Below are positions 50,099-59,787 of a stretch of 64,000 nt of DNA, piece by piece. The stretch's first letter is position 1. Every line of letters starts with the position of its first letter. The notes beneath the pieces are model-generated. The model made no database searches, was not told the DNA's origin, and saw only the letters and a program-made list of their open reading frames with translations. Origin of the DNA: Candidatus Methanomethylophilaceae archaeon (GTDB taxonomy: Archaea > Thermoplasmatota > Thermoplasmata > Methanomassiliicoccales > Methanomethylophilaceae); assembly GCA_050950505.1 (NCBI GenBank), contig JBMNHS010000001.1, forward strand, positions 1 to 64,000, written 5' to 3'. A program made the position numbers and the translations under genes.

Positions 50099-50740
50099 AT
50101 GTCTAAGGAAGAAATACTGAATGATTTGAGTGATTCAGTAATAAATTACAAGCTAGACCTTGCAAAGTCTTCCGCGCAAGCCGCTCTGGACGCCGGTATC
50201 GATCCCGTATTGGCAATCAATGAAGGATTGGTAAGAGGAATGGGTGTCGTAGGCGACAACTACGAAGCGCGCAAAGTCTATCTTCCGCAGGTATTGGTTT
50301 CAGCCAATTGCATGTATGCAGGATTGGATATTCTGATTCCGGCCATACCTGTGGAAAGTATGAAAGATAGCAAAAAATGCGCCACGGCAGTGGTGGAAGG
50401 GGATGTTCACGATATCGGAAAGAACATCGTCAAGACCATGCTGACCGCCGGCGGATACGTGGTAACCGATTACGGAAAAGATGTTCCTCCGGAGACTATT
50501 GTCGAATCTGCGGAAAAGGAAGGCATCGAGTGTGTTTGCCTCAGCACTCTGATGACACCTACGATGGACAATATGAAGAAAACCCTGGATATCCTGAAAG
50601 AAACCGGTTACCGTTCGAAATGTTTTGTCACCATCGGAGGGCCCCCTACATCTCCCGACTTTGCGAAAGAGATAGGCGCGGATCACAGAGATACGAACGC
50701 CCAAAACTGTGTAAGATGGCTTAAGGAGGCCTGGGAATGA
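50099..50740 (+). CDS. Methyltransferase corrinoid protein (substrate unknown)
   Basis: YLPQV, EGDVHDIGKNIV, STLMTPT, IGGPP. Confidence 0.9.
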   Translation: MSKEEILNDLSDSVINYKLDLAKSSAQAALDAGIDPVLAINEGLVRGMGVVGDNYEARKVYLPQVLVSANCMYAGLDILIPAIPVESMKDSKKCATAVVEGDVHDIGKNIVKTMLTAGGYVVTDYGKDVPPETIVESAEKEGIECVCLSTLMTPTMDNMKKTLDILKETGYRSKCFVTIGGPPTSPDFAKEIGADHRDTNAQNCVRWLKEAWE

Positions 50741-51828
50741 AAGAAATGACGCATACCGAAAGGGTAACTGCGTCCCTGAACAATGAAAAGGTAGACAGAC
50801 TCCCGGCCTATCCCATAGCATGCGGAGTTCTAAGAAAGTTCCTGGGAAACGGGGATATCACTTACAAAGAGTGGTGCGACAGTCCGGAATACTTTGCAAA
50901 ATCATTCTTGTTGGGCCAAAAAAAGTTCGGATTCGATCTTGCCATCGGCCTTATGGATCTGTCGGTTATGGCCGGCGATTTGGGTGCCGGAGTAAGAATG
51001 GATGAAGAGAACACACCCTTTGTGGAAGAACCCATCGTTCACAGTTTGGAAGACTATGAAAAGTTGGAAGTTCCCGACATAAAGAAGGGAAGGACCGGCG
51101 TATTGGTTGAGGGCACCAAACTCATCGCGGATTATCTTAACGGAGAAGTCGTAACGTCTGCTTTCCTGGAGGGGCCCTTGTTGGCACTCAGTCAGACCGC
51201 CGGTGCGGAAAGGCTGTTCATGGATATGTTCACCGAACCCGCACCCGTCCACAAAGCGATGGAAGTCGTCACTCAGTTCGACTCGGAGATTATTTCCGCT
51301 TTCGGAGAAACGGGAATCGAAGCAATTTGCTGGGACTATCTCTGGGGTAATTATGCAGTTCTCGGTGACGGCGAATATGCAGAGTTTGAGGTTCCGTACG
51401 CAACCAAACTAAACAAACAGACGGTGGATGACGGGATGGCTTTGACCATTCACAACTGTGCCGACCTGCCGCATCTTGATGTCCAGGTCAAACAGTACAA
51501 GCCTGCACTGTATTCCATGGCTTACTATCCGTTGATCGAAGAAAGTCCCAGTGCTTCAAAGGTCATAGAAGATGGATATGCCGATAACTGTGTCATCGGC
51601 GGAGTCATTGAACCGCAGTTGTTCATGAGAGGAACCGTTGAAGATACCACAAAAGCCACAAAGGAACTTTGCCAGGAAGTCAAGACTGCTTTGTGCAAGC
51701 GTGGCCTGAATTCCACATACTGTATAGCCACGGGATGTGAGATTCCTCCGGATGTCAACACCAAGATGGAAAACATCACAGCCATGATGGACGCCGTCGA
51801 AAAATACGGTCGCATGGATGATGTGTGA
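50737..51828 (+). CDS. MtaA/CmuA/MtsA-family methylcobamide:CoM methyltransferase (UroD fold)
   Basis: VDR.P, EGP, Zn ligands HNC and TGCEIP..T..ENI; overlaps the corrinoid gene stop. Confidence 0.85.
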   Translation: MKEMTHTERVTASLNNEKVDRLPAYPIACGVLRKFLGNGDITYKEWCDSPEYFAKSFLLGQKKFGFDLAIGLMDLSVMAGDLGAGVRMDEENTPFVEEPIVHSLEDYEKLEVPDIKKGRTGVLVEGTKLIADYLNGEVVTSAFLEGPLLALSQTAGAERLFMDMFTEPAPVHKAMEVVTQFDSEIISAFGETGIEAICWDYLWGNYAVLGDGEYAEFEVPYATKLNKQTVDDGMALTIHNCADLPHLDVQVKQYKPALYSMAYYPLIEESPSASKVIEDGYADNCVIGGVIEPQLFMRGTVEDTTKATKELCQEVKTALCKRGLNSTYCIATGCEIPPDVNTKMENITAMMDAVEKYGRMDDV

Positions 51829-51868
51829 ATCGGGTCTTGATAAATAAAAAACCTGCTAAACTATTTTG

Positions 51869-51914
51869 ACCCGTGTGACGCGGCGGATTCGCTCACCGCC
51901 CGCGTCCGACGGGT
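51869..51914 (+). other. Intra-operon GC-rich stem-loop
   Basis: ACCCGT..GACGCGGCGG...CCGCCCGCGTC..ACGGGT. Confidence 0.5.
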
Positions 51915-51939
51915 ATCTATAATATTGGGAGTGTCAAAA

Positions 51940-52254
51940 ATGCTAGGATATTACAATACGATGAAATCTAAAGGATTTTCATATAAAACCACGGCTTCGG
52001 TAAGGAAGTTCGAATGTCCGGTATGCGGATTTGAATTTTCTTTGGTGTATGCCAGAACCTTTGCTTGCCAAGGGTGTTCCGAAGCCTCCAAGGGTTGTCC
52101 CAAGGTCAGATGCAATAAGTGCGATCACGAGTTTTACATCAAAGACGTTACGGATGCCAAAGGCAAGAAGAATGAAAGAATTATGGCGGATCACATCTGC
52201 GATATCGTGAACAACCGCCACGAAGATATGGGGCTGTCGAGCTACAACAGGTAA
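51940..52254 (+). CDS. Small Cys-rich metal-binding protein
   Basis: CPVC, CQGC-x6-C-x4-CNKC, HIC (8 Cys); SD-like GGGAGTG. Confidence 0.8.
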   Translation: MLGYYNTMKSKGFSYKTTASVRKFECPVCGFEFSLVYARTFACQGCSEASKGCPKVRCNKCDHEFYIKDVTDAKGKKNERIMADHICDIVNNRHEDMGLSSYNR

Positions 52255-52258
52255 GACA

Positions 52259-54241
52259 ATGTCTCTCGGACTCGGGCTTGACACCGGCGGAACCTATACG
52301 GACGCAGTCATACTTGATTTGAAACGCGGAAAGGTTGTTCAAAAGGGAAAGGTTCTGACCACCAGACCCGATTTGATTACGGGTATAGGAAAGGTCATCG
52401 ACTCTTTTGACAAGGATTTGTTGCAACCGGTATCCATCGCTTCCCTTTCGACCACCCTTGCAACAAATTCCATCGTCGAAGGTCAAGGCTGCAAAGTGGG
52501 TTTAATCTGCATCGGCCGTGATTTCGACGATACCTTCCTGGCTGACAGATACCTCAGGGTTGACGGAGGGCACAACATAAACGGTAACGAAGTTATTTCA
52601 TTGGACAAAAATTCCATAAGAAATTTTGCCGAGGAAGTCAAAGATGACGTGGACTGTTTCGCAATAACCGGGTATATGAGCGTCAGGAATCCGGATCATG
52701 AATTTGCAGCGGCCGAAATCGTCTCGGAAACCGCAGAGAAACCGATAGTCTGCGGGTACCAGTTGTCCTCGATTCTTGGTTTCAAAGAAAGAACCGTCAC
52801 GGCCGTGATGAATGCCAAACTGATTCCGGTAATAGACAATCTCATTAGATCCGTCGGCAAGGTTCTTGCCGAAAAAGGATTGGACATTCCCATAATGATT
52901 GTCAAAGGAGACGGTTCAATGATGAGCATCGAAACTGCCAAAAAGAGACCGGTGGAAACTATTCTGTCCGGTCCTGCCGCAAGTCTTACAGGTGCCAGAG
53001 AAATGACGGGACTGAACGAAGCCGTTGTCGTCGACATGGGCGGCACCACCACCGACATAGGAATCCTCAGGAACGGTTTTCCATCAATCGACAAAGAGGG
53101 CGCTTTAATCGGATGTTATAAAACTCACGTCATGGCCGCTGAGATTTCGACTACGGGATTGGGCGGCGACAGCCGGGTTTTCCTCAACGGAAGGAAAATG
53201 AAACTCATGTCTTCCCGCGCAGTGCCTCTGTGCATCGCGGCTACCGCCTGGCCGGAAATTCTGGACGATTTGAAAGCCGCTGCGGAAAATATCGAAAAAG
53301 TACGGGAATCCATTGATGACAACCACGCCGTATCGGACATTGAATTCCTTACAGTTACCGGATCCTGCCCCGCCAATCATCTGTCCAGTCTGGATCGCGA
53401 TTTGATGAAATTGATATCGGAAAGACCCTACACGTTGAAGCGGGCGGGCGAACTCCTGGAAACGAACGTTCTGCAGTTTGACGTCCCCAAACTGGAAAAA
53501 AACGGATTGGTGCGGAGGGTGGGATTGACTCCCACGGATGTTCTGCATTCGGAAGGAAGTTACAGAGAGTACGATTACCAAGCTTCCGATTACGGAATCG
53601 AGTATTTTGCCAACCGGACCGGATTGGAAAAAAAGGAAGTCATTGCGAAAATCAAAGATATGGTCTGCAGCAAAATTTCCATGAGCATACTTTCAAAAGT
53701 CATAATGGACGAGACAGGCAGCACAGACTATTGCATGGTAGCCGAGAATCTTTTGGAAAAGGCCGTATCCGGAAACGGAGGAAAGGATTTCTCCTGCAAA
53801 ATCGCGTTGAACAAGCCCATAATAGGAATCGGCGCACCGGTCAATGCCTGGCTCCCTGATGTTTCGAAACGGTTGCACACCGATTTTGTCCCAATGGAAA
53901 ACTCCCAGGTGGGGAATGCGATAGGAGCCGTGTCCGGATGTATTCTGGAATCCATCGATATTCTCATCGAACCCCGAAAGATGAGTTCCTCTTCACAGAG
54001 TTCGTGCACTGCGTATTCAAAACTGGGGCGGTTTGCCTTCGACAGTGTGGACGAAGGGATAGCATATGCCAAATCCGAAGGAGGGAAATTCGTTGAAAAA
54101 TCCGTGATAAAGGCGGGAGCATCTTCGGTCAATGTGGTTTACGACATCAAAGAACGCACCTTCGAACAGGGCAACTCCACGGCGGTCATTGACATCGTGG
54201 TGTCGGTCACCGCCACGGGAAAGCCGAGACAGATGATCTGA
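52259..54241 (+). CDS. Hydantoinase/oxoprolinase-family (ASKHA ATPase) protein
   Basis: GLDTGGTYTDA, STTLATN, ETILSGPAAS, DMGGTTTD, GLGGDS, LTPTD, NAIGA. Confidence 0.88.
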   Translation: MSLGLGLDTGGTYTDAVILDLKRGKVVQKGKVLTTRPDLITGIGKVIDSFDKDLLQPVSIASLSTTLATNSIVEGQGCKVGLICIGRDFDDTFLADRYLRVDGGHNINGNEVISLDKNSIRNFAEEVKDDVDCFAITGYMSVRNPDHEFAAAEIVSETAEKPIVCGYQLSSILGFKERTVTAVMNAKLIPVIDNLIRSVGKVLAEKGLDIPIMIVKGDGSMMSIETAKKRPVETILSGPAASLTGAREMTGLNEAVVVDMGGTTTDIGILRNGFPSIDKEGALIGCYKTHVMAAEISTTGLGGDSRVFLNGRKMKLMSSRAVPLCIAATAWPEILDDLKAAAENIEKVRESIDDNHAVSDIEFLTVTGSCPANHLSSLDRDLMKLISERPYTLKRAGELLETNVLQFDVPKLEKNGLVRRVGLTPTDVLHSEGSYREYDYQASDYGIEYFANRTGLEKKEVIAKIKDMVCSKISMSILSKVIMDETGSTDYCMVAENLLEKAVSGNGGKDFSCKIALNKPIIGIGAPVNAWLPDVSKRLHTDFVPMENSQVGNAIGAVSGCILESIDILIEPRKMSSSSQSSCTAYSKLGRFAFDSVDEGIAYAKSEGGKFVEKSVIKAGASSVNVVYDIKERTFEQGNSTAVIDIVVSVTATGKPRQMI

Positions 54242-54283
54242 TCCCTTTTTTATTCGAATCTTAAAAGAGAAAGGTCAAGGGAA

Positions 54284-56191
54284 TCAGTTCCAGGATACGG
54301 AATAATCCGACGGGGGGATTGTGATGCGCAGTTCCAGACCTTCTCCGTAGTTCCCTCTTTCCTCCAATATAAATCCCTCGGCATTCAACATATTTATGGC
54401 TATGAACAGCCTCTTTCCGAATTCCGTGCTTTCTCCCGCGATGAAGGCTTCTTTCTTGTCATTCGGAATCCCTTTGGTGTTGTCGGAATAGACGATAATC
54501 AGATTTCCCGATACAAGCTCGCATTTCACGGATATTCTGGGCTCCTGTTCCGAGTTTGCTTTCGAGTATCTCATGATTTCCGTAAAAATCTTGTATGTGT
54601 CCGGATCTGTCACTATTTTCACGCCTCTGGCTCTGAGTTCGAAATTTTCTTCGCCGATGCCACTTTCCTCGGAAGCTTTTTTCAGCAATTCTTCCAAATC
54701 AAGCCATACCGGCTCCGATAGGTTCCGGTCATGATATTTTCCGATAAAAACCACCATTTCATACAAACGGTTCACTTTTTCCAGGATTGTTGAATTGTCG
54801 CAATCGGATTTTTTCATTAAATCCGTCTGAATTTCAGACAAAATTTCCTTTATTTTGGCACCTATGAGCTTGTCTATCCTGCCGATTCTTTTTGCAAGGG
54901 CAGAAATCTGACGTTTTTCCGCAGTATCTAGTATCTTATCGATAACCACTATGTATTCCGGGGCGGTGTTTTTTCTGCTTTCGGACACTTTTATCCTGAA
55001 CGCGGTGTTTTTTCCGTCGATTCTTACGCTGTGTTCAGATTCAATGTTCGAATCCGAGACTTTTGCCTTCTCGACGTCCTTGATTATGACGGCGGACAAA
55101 TCGTCAGTGTTGTTCAGAAGAGACATTGTGGGGGAATTCGTATGCCCGTACGAAATAAGGGATTGGACGTGTTTGTTTATAGCCATCACAGTAAAGCTAT
55201 CATCCAATATCATGATGCCGACAGGAATATCGTGAAACAGGTTTATGATTTCCTGTCGGTCTCTTTCCAGTTTGCCCTCCTGCATTTTTTCATGATGTAC
55301 CGAAATCATGCCGTTCATAAGCGTTGTGAATTGCATCACGTCATCGGATGTGTATTCCGTGCTTTTGTTTCCCAATCCCGCGGTGGCCATGATTTTGCCG
55401 TTGTAGTATATGGGAATCATCAACAGTCTGTTCAGTTGAACGTGTCCGACGGGAATTCCGGACTTGGGATATCTTTTTTCATCCTGATAGCTGTTGACGA
55501 TTATGGGTTTGCCCCGGCGTATGGGCTCCCCCCAAATGCCGGCGGTGTCAAAATCATATGTGACCTGTTGAGATTCCATTTTGCACTGTTCCAGTCCAGC
55601 TTTGGACCATGCCGCCATTTCCAATCTGTTTTCGGCTTCTTTGTACATTGCAATATAACCTATCGCACTTTTCGTCAATGCAACGGACTCTTCGAGGACG
55701 TAATCCAGAATTATACTGAAATTTCTATCCTTCATGGTTGACAGAGTGATGAGTGTGTCTGCCCTGCGATTTTTGATTTCTCTGACTTCTTCGGCCCTCA
55801 GACGCTCAGTGCAGGATACTATTTTCGGCACCAGTTTCATGAAAAAGCTCAAAGTGTTTTTCCGTACCATGTAATAATCCATCCCCAGCTCTGACGCTTC
55901 GAGTGCCGCCTCTCCGTCAACTTCGCGGGTGACAATGATGAACGGGCGCAGATCGTTAATTCTGCTCATTTCGTTAAAAATTTCAAAGGCGTCTATCTCC
56001 GGAGGGTTGTGATCGCAGACCACGACGTCTACCCTCATATGGGATTTCAGAACGTCCTTTAACCTGGACGGATTGTTGAGCGTTTCGACTCTTATTTTGT
56101 CGTTGATGTTGGGTATGAATTCCATTGACTGCGAAAGGAATCTGGAATCGTCACTCAGTATCAACACGCCGTACATTTGAACCTGATACAT
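54284..56191 (-). CDS. REC-GAF-PAS signalling protein with degenerate kinase/HATPase domains
   Basis: N-terminal REC (VVCD..P..D), GAF (GIWGEPIRRGKPIIVN, P.GH..L.R, GLGNK), PAS (DIPVGIMILD), eroded DNxxGI box. Confidence 0.8.
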   Translation of the reverse strand: MYQVQMYGVLILSDDSRFLSQSMEFIPNINDKIRVETLNNPSRLKDVLKSHMRVDVVVCDHNPPEIDAFEIFNEMSRINDLRPFIIVTREVDGEAALEASELGMDYYMVRKNTLSFFMKLVPKIVSCTERLRAEEVREIKNRRADTLITLSTMKDRNFSIILDYVLEESVALTKSAIGYIAMYKEAENRLEMAAWSKAGLEQCKMESQQVTYDFDTAGIWGEPIRRGKPIIVNSYQDEKRYPKSGIPVGHVQLNRLLMIPIYYNGKIMATAGLGNKSTEYTSDDVMQFTTLMNGMISVHHEKMQEGKLERDRQEIINLFHDIPVGIMILDDSFTVMAINKHVQSLISYGHTNSPTMSLLNNTDDLSAVIIKDVEKAKVSDSNIESEHSVRIDGKNTAFRIKVSESRKNTAPEYIVVIDKILDTAEKRQISALAKRIGRIDKLIGAKIKEILSEIQTDLMKKSDCDNSTILEKVNRLYEMVVFIGKYHDRNLSEPVWLDLEELLKKASEESGIGEENFELRARGVKIVTDPDTYKIFTEIMRYSKANSEQEPRISVKCELVSGNLIIVYSDNTKGIPNDKKEAFIAGESTEFGKRLFIAINMLNAEGFILEERGNYGEGLELRITIPPSDYSVSWN

Positions 56192-56287
56192 ATATCGAGT
56201 TTATAACAACTTGCAGTGACTAATATTTATCCCACATACTGGCTCTTGCAGAGGTTTTTATATGAAGAATGTGAAAAAATAAAAGAA

Positions 56288-56305
56288 TCCCGGCGGATGC
56301 CGGGA
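56288..56305 (-). terminator. Terminator stem-loop of the acd gene
   Basis: TCCCGGC/GCCGGGA followed by TTCTTTTATTTTT on the - strand. Confidence 0.6.
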
Positions 56306-56313
56306 AATGAGTT

Positions 56314-58434
56314 TCAAAGCAATGTGCAGAGAGCGTCGACGGCCCAACAGCCCTTGCCCTTCTTGTCGACCATGACCGGGTTGATTTCCAGTTCATGAAT
56401 CTCAGGGTTTTCAAGGGCTATGAGAGCAATTCTCTTGACAACTTCCTTAATCGCATCGATATCCGCAGGTTCGGTGCCCCTGGCACCCGAAAGAAGGGTG
56501 TATGCCTTTGTGGATTCGATCATCCGGTTCATCTGCTCTTCGGTCATGGTCGCGTGAGCCTGTGAAATCTCCGCCATGATCTCGACGAATATTCCTCCGA
56601 GACCGAAAGACACTATGGGACCGAACTGCTCGTCACGGATCATGGACAGAATGACTTCCTCTCCGGAAACCATCTGCTGCACGGAGACTCCGTCCAATCT
56701 TGCGTCGGGTACGGCGTTCTTGCAGGAAGCCATGATCTTTTCGTAAGCCTCTTTGGCTTCCTGATCGTTCTTGACTCCGACCACCACTCCGCCGACATCC
56801 GTCTTGTGCGCTATGTCGGGAGACAGAATCTTCATTACCACGGGATAGCCCATTTTCGAGCTTTCCTTTACCGCGTCCTCCGCGGTTATGACGGAAGCTT
56901 CTCCGGGAATGGGTATTCCGTAAGCCTGGAAAATCTTCTTGCCTTCGTTTTCGGTAAGGGTCTTTCTGTTTTCCTTCTTGGCGTCTTTGATGATTTCCGA
57001 TACCGTTTCCCTTCCGTTTTTGATCTTAGGGAACTTGATCGGAGTCTTGGGAATTTCTCCGCGGACGGTGAATCCTCTGAGAATGTCCAAAGCGCGCACG
57101 GCCCTGTCGGGTGTGGGGAAAGCGGGGATTTTGCCTTCTCTGAGGATGTCCACCGCAAGTTCGCACTTGGAACCGCCGGCGAAACAGACCGTGACGGGCA
57201 CGGGTATGTCGTCCCTCATTTCCACAAGCATTTCCGCCACCGCTTCAAGATCCGCAAAGTCCAGAGGCGAACCCATTATGACGATTCCGCCCACGCTTTC
57301 GTCTTTCAGAACAGCCTCGATTGCCGCCTTGAAGTATTCCGCCTTGGCGTCACCCCTCACGTCAATGGGGTTGGTAAGGCCGGCAAGGGTGGGAACGGTT
57401 TCCGTCAGAAGTTTGATTGTGCCGTCGGTGAGCTTTGCGGCTTCGACGTATTTGGCGTCGTGAGCGGCGTCCGCCGACATGACCCCCAATCCTCCGGCAT
57501 TGGTTATGATTGCTATGCCGTTCTTTTTCATGGGGCTGCAGGTGCTCAGAACACTGATTGCGTCAAAGAATTCATCGGCGTCTTTCGCTCTGTGGATGTT
57601 CAGTTTGTTGAAGATAACGTCATAGACTGAATCCGCACCGGCAAGAGAACCCGTGTGGGAAGATGCCGCCAGAGATCCGGCTTCGGTCCTTCCGGACTTG
57701 AACGCCACCAGGGGCTTGAGTTTGTCTATGCCCTCCAGAGCTTCCAAAAGCTCCGCGCCGTCGGTGATGCCTTCGATGTACATACCGATGACTTTGGTGT
57801 CTTTGTCATCGTTGAAATAAGGAATCATGTCCGACTCGCTCATGTCGCACTTGTTGCCGTAAGTCACAAACTTCGCTATGCCGAGTTTCTGACCGATGGC
57901 CCAGTCAATGATTGAAGATGCGAAAGCGCCCGACTGCGACATCATGGACACGTTTCCGACTCTGGGCATGTGATATGAGAATGTGGTGTTGACCTTCGCT
58001 TTGGGATTCAGAACGCCGAAACTGTTGGGTCCGAATATTCGGACTCCGTATTTCTTTCCGGCTTCCACAAGTTCGTTCTCGAGAATCTCGCCTTCGGGTC
58101 CGGATTCTTTGAATCCCGCGGTAAGGATACTTGCGTATTTCGTACCGGCTTTGCCCACTTTCTCGATCTCGGCGATTACGAACTTCGCAGGGACCGCGAT
58201 AACGGCCAAATCGACGGCTTTGCCGATTTCTTCAAACGAAGTGTATGCTTTCACGCCCTGTATGGTTCCGCCTCTCGGATTTACAGGGTACAACTCACCT
58301 TCGAAACCTGCGTAAATCATATTTTTAAGCAGCATTCCGCCTAGTTTTGTCTCGTCGGTGGACGCACCTATGATGGCCACCGAGTTGGGACTGAGGAAAT
58401 CACTCATAGGGGGGTAAAAAATTTTGTTGTTCAT
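56314..58434 (-). CDS. Acetate--CoA ligase (ADP-forming), fused alpha/beta
   Basis: P.SVAIIGAS, GPN..G, SQSGA, AASSHTGSLAG, NP.D, HKTDVGGV, FGLGG, EINP. Confidence 0.92.
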   Translation of the reverse strand: MNNKIFYPPMSDFLSPNSVAIIGASTDETKLGGMLLKNMIYAGFEGELYPVNPRGGTIQGVKAYTSFEEIGKAVDLAVIAVPAKFVIAEIEKVGKAGTKYASILTAGFKESGPEGEILENELVEAGKKYGVRIFGPNSFGVLNPKAKVNTTFSYHMPRVGNVSMMSQSGAFASSIIDWAIGQKLGIAKFVTYGNKCDMSESDMIPYFNDDKDTKVIGMYIEGITDGAELLEALEGIDKLKPLVAFKSGRTEAGSLAASSHTGSLAGADSVYDVIFNKLNIHRAKDADEFFDAISVLSTCSPMKKNGIAIITNAGGLGVMSADAAHDAKYVEAAKLTDGTIKLLTETVPTLAGLTNPIDVRGDAKAEYFKAAIEAVLKDESVGGIVIMGSPLDFADLEAVAEMLVEMRDDIPVPVTVCFAGGSKCELAVDILREGKIPAFPTPDRAVRALDILRGFTVRGEIPKTPIKFPKIKNGRETVSEIIKDAKKENRKTLTENEGKKIFQAYGIPIPGEASVITAEDAVKESSKMGYPVVMKILSPDIAHKTDVGGVVVGVKNDQEAKEAYEKIMASCKNAVPDARLDGVSVQQMVSGEEVILSMIRDEQFGPIVSFGLGGIFVEIMAEISQAHATMTEEQMNRMIESTKAYTLLSGARGTEPADIDAIKEVVKRIALIALENPEIHELEINPVMVDKKGKGCWAVDALCTLL

Positions 58435-58693
58435 ATAAGTTCCTATATTAATCGTCGTAATCTTCGAGTTTCGGCGTATATTATGCGAATATCGTAGAAA
58501 AAAGCATGTTTTTTTGAAGATTTAATAAATTTTTTCGACAAATGATGTATATTTCGTAGTTTAACGTCATTCAACGCAATCAACTTTCGTTGAATGATAT
58601 AATAAACCTGCGTTAATCGGTACGAAATCCGCATCCGTCACAGATTTCAACAGGAGATTTTGCGACGGTTCGTTCCGCCGTGCTCCGGAACAG

Positions 58694-58703
58694 TTCATAT
58701 ATA
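58694..58703 (+). promoter_or_regulatory. TATA box upstream of the candidate ncRNA
   Basis: TTCATATATA about 25 nt before the structured segment; no protein gene follows on this strand. Confidence 0.5.
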
Positions 58704-58723
58704 CGCCCGTGCAATACGAATAT

Positions 58724-58914
58724 CGGACCGGATTGGCGTAAGGGCGGGATTCGTGAACGCCATGTGCACGATCCGGGCAATAGCGACCCTGTACCTTAAT
58801 TGGGAACTCGCGGGAGATGCGATGTGTCATCGTTTGCCGTGACCGGGAGACAACGCAGGGTTCGACACACACCCCCGACGTAAGTCAGTGCTTCGAGATC
58901 GGCGATCCGCCGGA
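58724..58914 (+). ncRNA. Candidate novel structured RNA (~190 nt)
   Basis: Terminal helix, nested stems with G-U pairs, GNRA loop, possible pseudoknot; no SRP, RNase P, C/D box or tRNA signature recognised. Confidence 0.45.
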
Positions 58915-58931
58915 CTGTGAAAAAGTTTGTT

Positions 58932-58962
58932 AGCGCCCGGGGGACACTGTCCCCCGAACGCT
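58932..58962. terminator. Stem-loop between the candidate ncRNA and the convergent gene
   Basis: AGCG..CGGGGGAC-ACT-GTCCCCCG..CGCT. Confidence 0.6.
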
Positions 58963-58980
58963 GTTGGGGTTTGGGTTATC

Positions 58981-59658
58981 TCAGAGACACATGCAGAGTT
59001 TTCTGAGCCATGCTTCCGCTTCGTTTTGTCTCGGATACAGAGCTTCCAACTCGGCGAATTCCTTTTGGTTTCTTTCCGTTGTGGGATTGAAACCCATGAT
59101 TGTGTGACACAGTTCGTGATACATCACGTAGTCCGTCACGAAATCGGGAATTTCCGGATTGTCCAATGCCGATGACAATGAAACGACCTTCATGAGAACG
59201 GAACAGTGTCCGACCTTTCTGATGCTCGGTTCCCTCGTCCACGACAGGAACATGTCCGGATCTTTTTCGACCAGACCTGCGTCTATCAATCTGTTGTAGG
59301 AATCCGTCAGGTTCCTGTGTTCGCCTTCCGGCGACCTGGTTATGTTTCTGCTCCTTCTGAGATAGATGGGCTGCTTCGTCCTTGCGAACTCGGGCGCTGT
59401 GACCCAATCGCACATTTCTTCCGAAAAAGACGTCTCGTCCCTGATGCAGATCCTTGTGAACAGGGTTTCTGCAAGGCCTTCGATCACTCTTCCGGGGGCA
59501 TCGGACAAGTAATCCGACACTTTGAAGTCGGCCCACTTGTAGGAACGTTGCCAACGGACCTTGAAGTCTTTGTAGGCCGTGAACTCGGCGGCCACTGCGT
59601 CATATTTGTATTTTTTTCCTATATTTCTGAATATTTCCTGGAGTTCTGTGTTGTCCAT
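58981..59658 (-). CDS. YgjP/SprT-like (DUF45, M48-related) zinc metallohydrolase
   Basis: P.FV.DYVMYHELCH (HExxH); SD AGGAGG. Confidence 0.8.
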   Translation of the reverse strand: MDNTELQEIFRNIGKKYKYDAVAAEFTAYKDFKVRWQRSYKWADFKVSDYLSDAPGRVIEGLAETLFTRICIRDETSFSEEMCDWVTAPEFARTKQPIYLRRSRNITRSPEGEHRNLTDSYNRLIDAGLVEKDPDMFLSWTREPSIRKVGHCSVLMKVVSLSSALDNPEIPDFVTDYVMYHELCHTIMGFNPTTERNQKEFAELEALYPRQNEAEAWLRKLCMCL

Positions 59659-59787
59659 AGGTATTCCTCCTGGCCTTTTTACGGGCCCGGGGGAATATCC
59701 GCCGAGCTGAGCCTTATTAACAGAATGATACAGTTAGACTATCGATTATACGACAGATATTTTTAAGATAACTGTTTCTGTAGGAGC

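Noticed and set aside
58724-58914. tRNA, SRP RNA, RNase P RNA or cobalamin riboswitch
   Set aside because: No cloverleaf or CCA despite GGTTCGA, no SRP helix-8 motif, no P4 GAGGAAAGUCC, no B12 box; kept as an unknown RNA.
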